This document shows positions 38,369 to 48,602 of a stretch of DNA of 64,000 nt, piece by piece. This DNA is from Candidatus Sumerlaeaceae bacterium. GTDB taxonomy: Bacteria; Sumerlaeota; Sumerlaeia; Sumerlaeales; Sumerlaeaceae. The first letter of the stretch is position 1. Each line of letters starts with the position of its first letter. The DNA is taken from the NCBI GenBank assembly GCA_051003195.1, contig JBPCLP010000025.1, positions 32,001-96,000 on the forward strand, given 5' to 3'. Both the position numbers and the translations under genes were made by a program. A model generated the notes under the pieces. That model saw only the letters and a list, made by a program, of their open reading frames with translations. It ran no database searches and was not told where the DNA came from.

Positions 38369-39664
38369 ATGAATCAACGGAACTTTCAGACCGCCCTGGC
38401 GCTTGTAACGACAATGCTTTTGAGTTCGTGGTGTGCAGCCGATTGTACCTACATCTCGACTGGGCTGATACCACTGAACGAGCTCGGGTCTGCGTCGTAC
38501 CAGGGAAGCGCTGGCGGGCTGTACCCCGGCGGAAGCAATACTCGCCCTGCAGCCCATCTAACTTCAGGCACCGCAATCGCCAGTACGGACGTACTGCCTC
38601 GAGATTCCAGCGGCAACCCCGACACACTGGCAGGACGTATCGTGCTGATCTCGATTGGAATGTCGAACACGACGCAGGAATTCGGGTCAGGCGGATCCTG
38701 GTCGTTTAAGCCAAGGTCCGACGCAGACTTGTCTCGAGCGCCACTGGTTCGCATCGTTGATGGAGCCCAGGGCGGACAGACGGCGGCAGTGTGGGCGAAC
38801 AGTAACGCCAACTGCTGGAATGTATTATCCAGTCGCCTTGTCGCCGCCGGTGTGACAACCGGCCAGGTCCAGCTCGCGTGGATCAAAATGGCCGACGCAC
38901 AGCCCGCCCAGTATGGTGTTTTCCCCGCCCACGCGCAGTTGCTGAAAAGCGAGTACGCGCAGGTTATCCGCCTGGCCCGTGCCAAATACCCGAACATTAA
39001 GATCGCATATCTTTCGAGCCGCACTCGTGCCTGGCGCAACGATTCCACCGCACTGAATCCTGAGCCATACGCTTACGAATCAAACTTTGCGGTAAAGTGG
39101 GTCATTGACGATCAGATTAACGGCATCGGGAACCTGAACTACGACGCAGCCGCGGGAGCGGTGGTGGCGCCGTGGCTGAGCTGGGGCCCCTACCTGTGGG
39201 CGGATGGGACAAATCCAAGATCGGACGGCCTGACATGGCTTTGCTCCGATACCACAAGCGATTTCACGCACCCGTCCGCGAGCGGGCAGGCCAAAGTCGC
39301 CAACCAGCTCATGGCGTGGTTCCATTGCGATACCACCGCGCGGCCATGGTACCTGAAGACTACCAGCAGCGGGGCGCAGCCACTTGTAAACGTGACACCC
39401 AGCACCTCGGCCGGCGCCGCGCCTCTCAGCGTCTCGTTTAATACCAGTGCGTCGGACTCTGACGGCACAATTGCTTCCACATGGTGGAGCTTCGATGACG
39501 GAGGCACGACTACGACATTGAGCCCCACGAAGGTCTTCAAAGTTCCGGGAAGCTATAACGTCAGCGTCACCGTGGTCGATAATTCTGGAAACCATGCCAG
39601 CCAGACGATACCGATCACCGTAACTCCACCCGCGGGCGTTCGCGATTGGTATGGGTATCACTGA
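38369..39664 (+). CDS. Secreted PKD-domain protein
   Basis: Signal-peptide-like N-terminus; GAAPLSVSF...DSDGTI...WSFDDG...GSYNVSVTVVDNSG PKD domain; N-domain of unknown function. Confidence 0.75.
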   Translation: MNQRNFQTALALVTTMLLSSWCAADCTYISTGLIPLNELGSASYQGSAGGLYPGGSNTRPAAHLTSGTAIASTDVLPRDSSGNPDTLAGRIVLISIGMSNTTQEFGSGGSWSFKPRSDADLSRAPLVRIVDGAQGGQTAAVWANSNANCWNVLSSRLVAAGVTTGQVQLAWIKMADAQPAQYGVFPAHAQLLKSEYAQVIRLARAKYPNIKIAYLSSRTRAWRNDSTALNPEPYAYESNFAVKWVIDDQINGIGNLNYDAAAGAVVAPWLSWGPYLWADGTNPRSDGLTWLCSDTTSDFTHPSASGQAKVANQLMAWFHCDTTARPWYLKTTSSGAQPLVNVTPSTSAGAAPLSVSFNTSASDSDGTIASTWWSFDDGGTTTTLSPTKVFKVPGSYNVSVTVVDNSGNHASQTIPITVTPPAGVRDWYGYH

Positions 39665-39726
39665 GGTCTGGTTCTTCCAACTCACAACCGCCAGACGCAG
39701 AAAATCTTACCTGAGGTACCGATGGA

Positions 39727-40998
39727 TCAGGTATGCGAAGCTGCGCACCTCTGCCGTAGCTCGCCGGCCAGGCCGCAGAAATCCACCACGCGCTCAATCA
39801 CCTCACCGATTGCGCGGTTCGGTGTGCTGGCCCCCGCGGTAAAGCCAACGCGCAGAGGCAATTTTGGCAGCCAGTTCTCCGCGGTCTCTACCTGGTGGCT
39901 GTCCCAACGCTTATGGCGTAGTTCCGTGGGTGAGACGAGGTGCGCTACGTCCTCGATGTGAAAGGCACGGGTATAGTGGTTGGCGATTTCAATGAGATGC
40001 GTGGTGTTCGAACTGTTAAAGCCGCCGACAACAAGGATCAGGTCGAGATCCCGCGCGACGAGTGCCTGCACAGCATCCTGCCGCTCCTGGGTGGCCGAGC
40101 AGATGGTGTCGAAACTCCGGAAATGCGCGTCGAGTTCGCCCGCAGTGTACCGGTCGGCCATGGCCTGTTTAAGCATACCGGCTATTTCGAGGGATTCGCT
40201 GCTCAGCATCGTGGTCTGGTTGGCAACGCCGACACGCTGAAGGTCGCGCTCCGGATCGAAACCCGGCAATGTGGCTCTCGAAAATTTGTTTCGAATGACA
40301 TCCACGGGCACCGTCCCGCGGATGAAGTCGCACACCAGTTGCGCTTCGTCCTTATCCCGAACCACGATGTACTGCCCGCCGGGAAACTGCGTGACGTGGC
40401 TGCTGGTGCCGATCGTTTCTTCATGCGAGTACTTGCCATGAATGACGGCGGTGAAACCCTCTTTCGCGTATTTCTCAACGCGCTTCCACACGTGAATGAC
40501 GGATCCGCAGGTGGTGTCGACGATGGTGCAGCTACGCTTGCGCAGGGTCTCCACTTCCTGCACACTGGCGCCGAACGCCGGCAGTATGACCACATCATCG
40601 GGAGTGACCTCGTCGTAGCCGGTGTCACCCTTGTACTGGCCGGAGAGAAACTGGATGCCCATATCGAGGAGCCGGCGGTTTACGCGTGGGTTGTGGATGA
40701 TTTCCGTCGTTAAAAAGATCCGCTTGTCCGGAAACATGCGGCGCGTCTGGTAAGCGTAATCGATGGCTTTGTCGACGCCGTAACAAAAGCCGAATTCGCG
40801 CGCCAGGTTGATCTCCAGCCCAGGCAGCTCGAGCGTGTAATCCGCCTGCTTAACGCAATCCACGATCTGGCACGTATAGTCACCCGATATGTCCTGCTCC
40901 ACGGCGGATTTGAGCCCAAATCCGTGGCGGTAAATACCCGTAGCCGCATCGGGTTTACCAATGGGGGAAGGCTTCAGCGTAGCAGCGGGGTCAGTCAT
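39727..40998 (-). CDS. ispH: 4-hydroxy-3-methylbut-2-enyl diphosphate reductase
   Basis: GFCYGV, IIHNP, DTTC, NQTT, DTICSATQERQ, SSNT and TAGASTP. Confidence 0.96.
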   Translation of the reverse strand: MTDPAATLKPSPIGKPDAATGIYRHGFGLKSAVEQDISGDYTCQIVDCVKQADYTLELPGLEINLAREFGFCYGVDKAIDYAYQTRRMFPDKRIFLTTEIIHNPRVNRRLLDMGIQFLSGQYKGDTGYDEVTPDDVVILPAFGASVQEVETLRKRSCTIVDTTCGSVIHVWKRVEKYAKEGFTAVIHGKYSHEETIGTSSHVTQFPGGQYIVVRDKDEAQLVCDFIRGTVPVDVIRNKFSRATLPGFDPERDLQRVGVANQTTMLSSESLEIAGMLKQAMADRYTAGELDAHFRSFDTICSATQERQDAVQALVARDLDLILVVGGFNSSNTTHLIEIANHYTRAFHIEDVAHLVSPTELRHKRWDSHQVETAENWLPKLPLRVGFTAGASTPNRAIGEVIERVVDFCGLAGELRQRCAASHT

Positions 40999-41130
40999 GT
41001 CGGCATATGATACAGAACTGGAGAAAACTCATCCAAAAGAAAACGCACACCAGAGCATTGCTCAAGTGCGCGTGGATAAAATCAAGTCGACTGCGATCCA
41101 GCTTTGCGTGGTGTACTCAACAGAATCCGT

Positions 41131-41856
41131 TTACGGGAATGTCTCGTTATACTTGTTTTGAATTCGATCAATAGAAGGCAAGCGGGACGCGTTAATTGGG
41201 CCCGGGGCCGAAGAAACCCGAACGACATCTCCCCGGCTGACGGTTCCATTTGTTGGATCGTAGTCTAATCCAAAGGAGGCGTTTGCTCCCATTTGTCCGA
41301 CATACCCCCCCCCGAAGAAGTTAACTTTGTCCGGCCCTGCCGACACAACCCTCCACGTCGCTCCGGAAGTCAGCCCTGCCCCACGCCAATTACCCGTAGT
41401 AGTGTCATACGCGGCGCCGTTGACAAAATCAAAGGCATTCCAGTAGTCAAAACTATCGTATTGGGTATCTAAGTCCCCAGTATTAGAAACGCCAAAACCT
41501 GACGGGCGAAAAACATCCGGCGGAATCGACGTAATATACGCGATGGGAGTTGTCAGGCGTTTAAAGCGGCCACTTACCGCATTCTGATTCGTAATGGTGG
41601 AATTGATGACGCTTTCCCCGTTCCAAGGGCTCGCCTGCGCGGACGTCTTACCGAACTGGATAACTGTCATCGGCTTGTTCTCATCAACGGTGTAAGACTC
41701 AAGACCGGTGGCAAGAGTTCGCATGTCCGCCTTAGTTCTGGCGACTTTGGATCGCGTCTGCGCTTCCAGGAAATTTGGAACCGCAATAGCCGCAAGAATC
41801 GCGATGATTGCGACCACAATTAAGAGCTCAATAAGCGTAAATCCTTTACGATGCAT
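41131..41856 (-). CDS. Prepilin-type (GspG-like) protein
   Basis: KGFTLIELLIVVAIIAILAAIAVPNFLEAQTRSKV; YDPTNGTVSRGD; GGAGG RBS. Confidence 0.87.
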   Translation of the reverse strand: MHRKGFTLIELLIVVAIIAILAAIAVPNFLEAQTRSKVARTKADMRTLATGLESYTVDENKPMTVIQFGKTSAQASPWNGESVINSTITNQNAVSGRFKRLTTPIAYITSIPPDVFRPSGFGVSNTGDLDTQYDSFDYWNAFDFVNGAAYDTTTGNWRGAGLTSGATWRVVSAGPDKVNFFGGGYVGQMGANASFGLDYDPTNGTVSRGDVVRVSSAPGPINASRLPSIDRIQNKYNETFP

Positions 41857-41940
41857 GCCATCCTCCGGGAGGGAAATTTAGATGTCTTGTGGCAAACCGG
41901 GCTTTCGAGTGCAAGAAAAGAAATCAAGGCCCTGACAGCC

Positions 41941-42058
41941 AAATCATCCAAACCTCGAACAAAACCAATCGACGAACGCCATCCATCGAGCGCATCTCGC
42001 TCACAGCAGCTATCGCACGACTGGAATTCGTGAAATTCGTCAGGTTCGTGGATGCTTT
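41941..42058. repeat. Degenerate intergenic inverted-repeat element
   Basis: AAATCATCCAAACCTCGAA versus the reverse complement of 42036-42058 (AAAGCATCCACGAACCTGACGAA); TTCGT units at 9-bp spacing. Confidence 0.45.
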
Positions 42059-42157
42059 CATCCTGATGAATACTTGAGCCTTTCGCCTTGCATTGGGCGC
42101 GGGGGCGTTTCGTGCTGCCCCGCGTTTACTTGATCTATTACAGGAGCCGATTTACCC

Positions 42158-43312
42158 ATGGCCAAGCGCCTGCTTTTTACCTCTGAGAGTGTCTCCGAAG
42201 GTCACCCGGACAAGGTTTGCGACCAGGTTTCCGACGCAATCCTGGATGCCTTGCTGGCGCAGGACCACAATAGCCGCGTGGCATGTGAATGCCTTGCGAC
42301 AACGGGGCTCATTGTTGTCGCGGGCGAGATCACGACCAAGGCAAATGTGGACTACACCACGATTGCGCGCCAGACGGTAAAAGAAATCGGCTATACCTCC
42401 GACGACATGGGTATCAACGGCGACACATGCGGGGTGCTGATCGCGCTGGACCGCCAGTCGCCCGACATCGCCATGGGTGTGGACTCAAGCGCCGATAAGG
42501 AACAGGGGGCGGGCGACCAGGGCATGATGTTCGGCTACGCAACCAGGGAGACCCCTGAGCTGATGCCGCTGCCAATCAGCATGTCGCACGAGCTGCTGCT
42601 GTTGCTCAGCCAATTGCGCCATTCGAAAAAGCTGCCCTACCTGCGCCCGGACGCCAAGAGCCAGGTGACGGTTGAATACGTGGACGGGAAGCCCGAGCGC
42701 ATTCACACCATTGTTATATCGACACAGCATTCACCCGATGTGGAAACAGGACAGATACGCGAAGACGTACTAAAGCACGTCATTCCGCAGGTCGGCGACA
42801 AACTTGGCTATTCGACAAAAGACATCATCCTGCACGTAAACCCGACCGGTCGCTTCGTCGTTGGTGGACCGCACGGCGACACAGGGCTGACCGGTCGCAA
42901 AATCATCGTGGATACGTACGGCGGAATGGGTCGGCACGGCGGCGGTGCATTCAGTGGCAAGGACCCCAGCAAGGTGGATCGCTCGGCAGCCTACGCCGCT
43001 CGGTGGGTTGCCAAAAATGTTGTTGCTGCCGATCTGGCGGAGAAATGCGAAGTGCAGGTGGCGTATGCCATCGGGGTCTCAAAGCCGGTCTCCATAAGCG
43101 TGAATGTGGATTCGTTCGGCACCGCGAAAATGGATGACGAAAAACTCACGAAACTTGTGGAGTCGTCGTTCGACTTATCCCCTCGCGCCATCATCCAGCA
43201 ACTGGACCTGCGGCGCCCCGTATATAAGCCGACTGCGAGCTACGGCCATTTCGGTCGTACCGGTGATGGCTTTACATGGGAGCGGACAGACATGGTGGAA
43301 CAACTGAAGTAA
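42158..43312 (+). CDS. metK: S-adenosylmethionine synthetase
   Basis: [33 protein letters not shown] and GGGAFSGKD. Confidence 0.98.
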   Translation: MAKRLLFTSESVSEGHPDKVCDQVSDAILDALLAQDHNSRVACECLATTGLIVVAGEITTKANVDYTTIARQTVKEIGYTSDDMGINGDTCGVLIALDRQSPDIAMGVDSSADKEQGAGDQGMMFGYATRETPELMPLPISMSHELLLLLSQLRHSKKLPYLRPDAKSQVTVEYVDGKPERIHTIVISTQHSPDVETGQIREDVLKHVIPQVGDKLGYSTKDIILHVNPTGRFVVGGPHGDTGLTGRKIIVDTYGGMGRHGGGAFSGKDPSKVDRSAAYAARWVAKNVVAADLAEKCEVQVAYAIGVSKPVSISVNVDSFGTAKMDDEKLTKLVESSFDLSPRAIIQQLDLRRPVYKPTASYGHFGRTGDGFTWERTDMVEQLK

Positions 43313-43430
43313 CCGGCAAAGCGCTCCACGAAGCACCGCAATCCGCATGGGAATGCCCGTCCTGCGGAATCTCTTGATCGCGTCTTAAATACGAATTCGT
43401 GTAAATGTGTGAGCCTCGTGGATACTGCCT

Positions 43431-45302
43431 GTGCTGCTTCGCACCTGCACGCGCGTGTTCATGCATAGTTCTAATCGCGCCACGGTGGGTACGCGTCAGT
43501 CGGCGCTCATGCGCTGGCTGATTCTTGCAGTTGTCGTAGTTTATGCATTCCGTTACCTGGGGCTGGCACTTCACCGCGCGCCTAACCCTGACGAGCTGCA
43601 AAGTCTTGTGAATGCATTCGATCTTTCACGCGGCTTGCGGCTCTATCTCGATTTCTGGGACAATCACGGCCCCGCGCTGACGTGGCTGCTGGCGCCGCTG
43701 CTGCACTGGTGGCCGGACGATCATAACGTTTTCTTTGTCGCCCGGATGGTAGCATGGGGCATGGCAATGCTGACGGCATTGCTGGTTTACAAATGTGCGC
43801 AAGTCGCGTTTCCCTCAAGCCGGATTGTGGCACCCCTGGCCGCGCTGCTGTTTGTCGTATCGACACCGGTCATGGCGCACGGCATCGAGATTCGCCCCGA
43901 TAACTGCGTGCTGTTACTGTGGGCTGGTTGTCTTCTTGCGCTGATACACGGCATCCGAAGCGGCCGGGGGCGATGGTGGATGGTTGCAGGCTTGCTGCTT
44001 GGCTGCTGTGCCGTTTTCACGATCAAAGTGCTGCCGTTGTGCGTGTGCGTCATTCTACTTTTCGCCGGCGCGTGTTGGATCCGCAGGTATCAGGCAGATG
44101 AAAAATCGCCGGCATTCGACCGCCCCTCAGTCCGCAACCTGCTTATGTTTGCGTCCGCGTTTAGTTTGCCGGTCGCCGTATTACTTGGGTGGATGTGGCT
44201 CTCCGGCTCGTTGGAAGCATGGTATCTTTGCGTTATCCAGGCGAACGTGGATCGGCAGGAACGCGCGGGGCTGAGCCCTTTTACTGAACTTTTCGAAGGT
44301 GCACCGATCTGGATCGGGTTGAGTTTTGCGAGCATCGGACTCGCATTGCGCCGCTGGATTGGCGGCCGTGCCGGCGCCGAACTTCTTCTCGTCGGGCCCG
44401 CCGCGTTTCTGCTTTTCCAGTTTGCGTTTCTGCTGCCGACCAAATTCTTGAGCTCACTGCTGTCGGCCCAGGTGCCACAGGCAATTCTAAGCGCCTGGTT
44501 CGTGTGCGAGCTTGCATCCAAAGTAGCCGCGCGCGCACCCGAACCGCTGAGATGGCTCGCCGCGCAGTCTATGCTCCGAAGAGTTTCAGTGGCTGCAGTC
44601 TTTGCTGTGCTTGCGTTTGCAATGCGGTGGGAATGGCAGCGAGAAGAAGTAAGGTATGGCAGGTTTTATAATACAGAAGGCGTGGCGTATGTTAAGTTCG
44701 CCAATGACGTGGCCGGACGTTTCGGTCGCGGAGAGACTGGGTTTGATCCGAGTGGCTATGTTTTCCTGCGCGAAAAACCCGGGCTTTTCCACATCCTTGT
44801 TACTTTCATCAGGCGGATGCACAGCGAAGGCTTCATCGATCTGCAAATCCCGGCGCTGCTGCGCTCCAGCAATTGCAAATATGTAATTTACGATGCTCGT
44901 GCAAACAGTCTCAGACCCCGGGATGTTGCGTATCTGCGCTCGCATTTTGTTCCGGTCGATCAAGTTACGATAGCGAAGCAACCGGCGGTCCTCGCAATTG
45001 CGGGGCACCGCAGCTCGCCATCGGGCCAGACAAGCGCGCCGATTTCGGCAGTGTACGCCGCCCATTGGAAATTGGGAACGAGGTGGCAACGGACTCCGCT
45101 CGGTTTCCACTCAGCAGGCAATAGCATAGGCATGCCGCCAAACGTATGGCTGCTCGCTGCTGACAATCGTCCCCGGTCCGCGCCCCCGGCGCAAATAACC
45201 GGCTGGTCCGCGTTCAAAGAAGCTGGTAGTGAAGAGCGTCCTGGCCGAGAGGCTGCACCCGCGTGGTTTACACGCTACAAGGCGATTGCTGTTGAGCGAT
45301 GA
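43431..45302 (+). CDS. GT-C fold membrane glycosyltransferase (ArnT/PMT-like)
   Basis: Many TM helices; NPDE, LYLDFWDNHGP and EIRPD loops; start uncertain. Confidence 0.65.
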   Translation: MLLRTCTRVFMHSSNRATVGTRQSALMRWLILAVVVVYAFRYLGLALHRAPNPDELQSLVNAFDLSRGLRLYLDFWDNHGPALTWLLAPLLHWWPDDHNVFFVARMVAWGMAMLTALLVYKCAQVAFPSSRIVAPLAALLFVVSTPVMAHGIEIRPDNCVLLLWAGCLLALIHGIRSGRGRWWMVAGLLLGCCAVFTIKVLPLCVCVILLFAGACWIRRYQADEKSPAFDRPSVRNLLMFASAFSLPVAVLLGWMWLSGSLEAWYLCVIQANVDRQERAGLSPFTELFEGAPIWIGLSFASIGLALRRWIGGRAGAELLLVGPAAFLLFQFAFLLPTKFLSSLLSAQVPQAILSAWFVCELASKVAARAPEPLRWLAAQSMLRRVSVAAVFAVLAFAMRWEWQREEVRYGRFYNTEGVAYVKFANDVAGRFGRGETGFDPSGYVFLREKPGLFHILVTFIRRMHSEGFIDLQIPALLRSSNCKYVIYDARANSLRPRDVAYLRSHFVPVDQVTIAKQPAVLAIAGHRSSPSGQTSAPISAVYAAHWKLGTRWQRTPLGFHSAGNSIGMPPNVWLLAADNRPRSAPPAQITGWSAFKEAGSEERPGREAAPAWFTRYKAIAVER

Positions 45303-45569
45303 GGGCCGCGATTTGCAGCATTAGTAGTGGAGCAGGAACACTGATTTTCCGGTAAACATTCGGCCTCTTTGTCAGTAGATGGAAAGGACTGCGGCTGCCC
45401 AGGGCTGTCTCGCGCGCGTAAGCTTCTCTTCGTAAGTACCGGCGTCTTGTACAACAGGTATAACTTACTTGACGTGCAGAGTACGGTAACCATAGATTTT
45501 ACGCCAGAAGACGGCTGGTACGCCATCACTTGTCGCAGCCGCAGAAACAGATGTGGGAGCTAGATTCTT

Positions 45570-48413
45570 TTGAGGCCAACCGGTTTGAAACCAGCTTTTC
45601 TGTTTTTCATGTCCCTGTTGCTTTTGTGCACTGCCGCCGTAGCCGCGCCGAACGACGGTACTTTTAAGGTTCGTGTAGCCAGGGACTTGAAAAAAGAGGC
45701 TGCCGACAGCATCACGGCGGAACTAAAAAAAGAAGGCTATACGCCGGTGGATATCGTCCCGTCTGCCAGTGGATTTACCGTACTGGTGGGCGCGGCGCGA
45801 ACAAAACAGGAAGCCCAGGTGCTGGCAAAAGACCTGAAGTCGGCCGGCTTCACAACGGAAGACATTGAAGAGCCCGCCGCCGCAGGCGCAACTGCCGGCG
45901 CCGGAGCGCCAGCAGTATCGGCAGACACCAGCGGAGGCACAACGGCATATCGCGTGCTGGTACACGAGTTTCCAAAGTCGGAGCAGGCCGAGCAGGGAAA
46001 AGAAAACCTGAAGGCCGAGGGTTTCACGAACGTCGATATCACTCCTGAGGACGGCAAATATAAGTTATACGTCGGCACTTTCCCGCAGCAGTCCGACGCA
46101 CAGGCGCTTCTGAGCCAGATCAAAGGCGCGGGGTTTGCGATGGCGCAGGTTGCAACCATTGCCCGCCGACCGGATGCGAAGTCTGAGTCGGCTGCTGTGC
46201 CGCCACCGCTTGCATCTTTGCCGGCAAATCTTTCCGCCTCGCAAAAGAGCGATGCGCAAAGCCTGCTCGACAGAGCTAAACGTGCAGATGCGGGCGAAAT
46301 GAGTTATGCCGAGTACCAGGAATTTGTAAAAGAACGCCAGCGCCAGAGCAGTGGCGTCAAAATGCTGATTGCAGGCTATGAGAAGGACCTCGGCGAGAAG
46401 CGGGAAATCCAGAACAAGACCTGGTCGCTCTACCGCGAATTCGACAACCTGTTGGAGTCGCGGCGCTATGATGCGGCCCGGCGCAAGCTGGATGAAGTCC
46501 GCGCAGTTGATCCAAAGGATGCCTACCTCCCGGCAAAGCAGGAGCGGTTGTCGATGCTGATGGGTTCCGGCGGTGGAACTGGAGCACCTGTTGTCGCGCA
46601 GGGTTCTGCGGCAGGTCCAAGGCCCAACGGCCCCAAACCAGCCGATCCGGAAGCCGTGCAGCAGATGCTCGCCGAAGCGCGCAAGGCTGAAGGCGAGGGA
46701 CGCAACGAAGCAGCCCTGGCGCGTTATAACAAAGTGTATGAGCTGGATGCAACTCACGTGGAAGCGCGCAGCAAAATTGCAGAGCTGAACGAAAAGCTTA
46801 AACCGCAAGCCCCCGCGGCTGCGGGTACCAACCAGAAGCTGATCTACGGGGGCGGCGGGTTGCTGGTCGTTGTCATCCTGGCGCTCGCATACTGGAATTT
46901 CGTGAATGGCCGCCGCGAGAAGAAACTTGAGCAGCAGGTGCGCGAGTTGGCGCAGCACGGCAGCGTCGGCGCCCCTGCGCCTACACCTGCTTATGGCGCA
47001 TCTGCGCAGACGTTCGTGGATCCCCTGGCACCGGGCGGCATGTATAGTGCCGGCTCGGCGGCCACAGCAGGAGCTGGAATGAGCGGCATGGGAGCGGCAG
47101 CCATGGGTGACATGGGCGGCTCAGGGAAGCTGTTTGCCGGCGGAATGGATATGCCGGGCATGGGCGCGATGATCGGCGGAGCGGAAGATGAGAGTGATGA
47201 GCGCGAAGAAAAGCCGGCCGCCGCACAACAAACTTTCGAAGCCGAAGAAGTGGGCCATGACGAGGATGTGGTGTCGCTCTCGAGCTTGAATTTCGATGGG
47301 CTGCAAATGGGTGGTGACGAGCCGGATGTCGAAGTAAGCGCCAACGACACAGCGCCGGTGTTACCACCGCCGGGGTCTGATTCGCTTTCCCTGGGTGACC
47401 TGGACCTGGGCTTTGGTTCGGCCTCTGCTCCCTCTGCTCCCTCTGCTCCTACGCCTGTGCCTGCGGAGCCGGTCAACGCCTCTTCGCCATCTATGTCGAT
47501 GCCCGACCTGGACCTGGACGCACTGCTGAAAGGGACGTTTCCCGGGGCAAGTGCTGCAGCGCCGGACATGCCGTCCGCGCGCATCCAGGACATTTCTCCC
47601 GTGCAGTTGCCGTCGCTCGGAGAATTGACTTCCACCCAGGAAGAGAGATCGATCCATGATGAGCTGACCCTGCGTGAAATGAACGCTGGCGGCCTGGCTG
47701 CTGCCATGGGTGGCCTTGGGACCGCGCCGACGGTGCACATTCCAACACCTTTCCCTCAGCACGAATCCCTGGGTGGTGGTTCAGCCGGTGGAGCATCGCA
47801 GGCGCCTGTCGCGGCAACTTCAACCGCGCCCGCGGCTGCGGCAAACGCAAGTCACCACGAGCAAACGTTTGACCAGGAGCCCGTCGGATCGCAGCCCGCA
47901 AACTGGACGGGTGATTATGAGTACGCGTCCCTTACGGTCGACGATCAGAATTCCGTGGATGGCACAGGACGCTGCCTGAAGTTTGAAAAACGTTCGGGTG
48001 CGGGAAGCGCAAGCTACCACTGCAACTTTCCCAATGCCTCAGGTCAGGTGACTGTCGAGTTTGACATTCGGTGCGACGACAAGAACAAGTACCTGCTGGG
48101 ATTCTATGTCGAAAAGGACGAAGACTTTAAGCAGTCGGTTCACACAATCGTGCACCGGATTGATTCGCGGAGCCAGCCGTCGCTGCGAATCCAGGGCGAG
48201 CCTGTCCCGTATGAGCTTGGCAGTTGGCGCCGTGTGAAGTACGAGCTGAACCTGCTGATTGGCGTGGTGAACGCATTCGTGGACGAGCAGCACGTCGTTA
48301 AAGATGCGAAGTTGCCGACGATTCCTGCCTATGTGAACACGCTCTCGATTCGCGATAACCTCGCCACGACTGGCCTTTTTTACCTGGATAATATTCGGAT
48401 TACGCGCCGCTAG
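45570..48413 (+). CDS. Membrane protein: signal peptide, 2 SPOR domains, TPR-like region, TM helix, acidic linker, C-terminal beta-rich domain
   Basis: Two SPOR-like repeats (FTVLVGAARTKQEAQVLAKDLKSAGF; YKLYVGTFPQQSDAQALLSQIKGAGF); TM GLLVVVILALAYWNFV. Confidence 0.75.
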   Translation: MRPTGLKPAFLFFMSLLLLCTAAVAAPNDGTFKVRVARDLKKEAADSITAELKKEGYTPVDIVPSASGFTVLVGAARTKQEAQVLAKDLKSAGFTTEDIEEPAAAGATAGAGAPAVSADTSGGTTAYRVLVHEFPKSEQAEQGKENLKAEGFTNVDITPEDGKYKLYVGTFPQQSDAQALLSQIKGAGFAMAQVATIARRPDAKSESAAVPPPLASLPANLSASQKSDAQSLLDRAKRADAGEMSYAEYQEFVKERQRQSSGVKMLIAGYEKDLGEKREIQNKTWSLYREFDNLLESRRYDAARRKLDEVRAVDPKDAYLPAKQERLSMLMGSGGGTGAPVVAQGSAAGPRPNGPKPADPEAVQQMLAEARKAEGEGRNEAALARYNKVYELDATHVEARSKIAELNEKLKPQAPAAAGTNQKLIYGGGGLLVVVILALAYWNFVNGRREKKLEQQVRELAQHGSVGAPAPTPAYGASAQTFVDPLAPGGMYSAGSAATAGAGMSGMGAAAMGDMGGSGKLFAGGMDMPGMGAMIGGAEDESDEREEKPAAAQQTFEAEEVGHDEDVVSLSSLNFDGLQMGGDEPDVEVSANDTAPVLPPPGSDSLSLGDLDLGFGSASAPSAPSAPTPVPAEPVNASSPSMSMPDLDLDALLKGTFPGASAAAPDMPSARIQDISPVQLPSLGELTSTQEERSIHDELTLREMNAGGLAAAMGGLGTAPTVHIPTPFPQHESLGGGSAGGASQAPVAATSTAPAAAANASHHEQTFDQEPVGSQPANWTGDYEYASLTVDDQNSVDGTGRCLKFEKRSGAGSASYHCNFPNASGQVTVEFDIRCDDKNKYLLGFYVEKDEDFKQSVHTIVHRIDSRSQPSLRIQGEPVPYELGSWRRVKYELNLLIGVVNAFVDEQHVVKDAKLPTIPAYVNTLSIRDNLATTGLFYLDNIRITRR

Positions 48414-48602
48414 TGTGGTACCCCATTCAATTCGTTCACTGGTTTTGTGTGCCGTCCGAGCTCGAAAGCTTCCTGAAGTATAGCCATGAACTTCCGGGAC
48501 GGCACACTAGATGATCAGGGGTTAGGATGTGTGATGTACGACGTTTGCGCAAATCTGGAGTTGGCGCAGTCCATCCTGTCTCTGTGTGAAGGAATCTAGC
48601 GG

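Noticed and set aside
47422..47450. 9-bp tandem repeat (CCTCTGCTC)3
   Set aside because: Encodes a Ser-Ala-Pro linker; ordinary low-complexity coding sequence.
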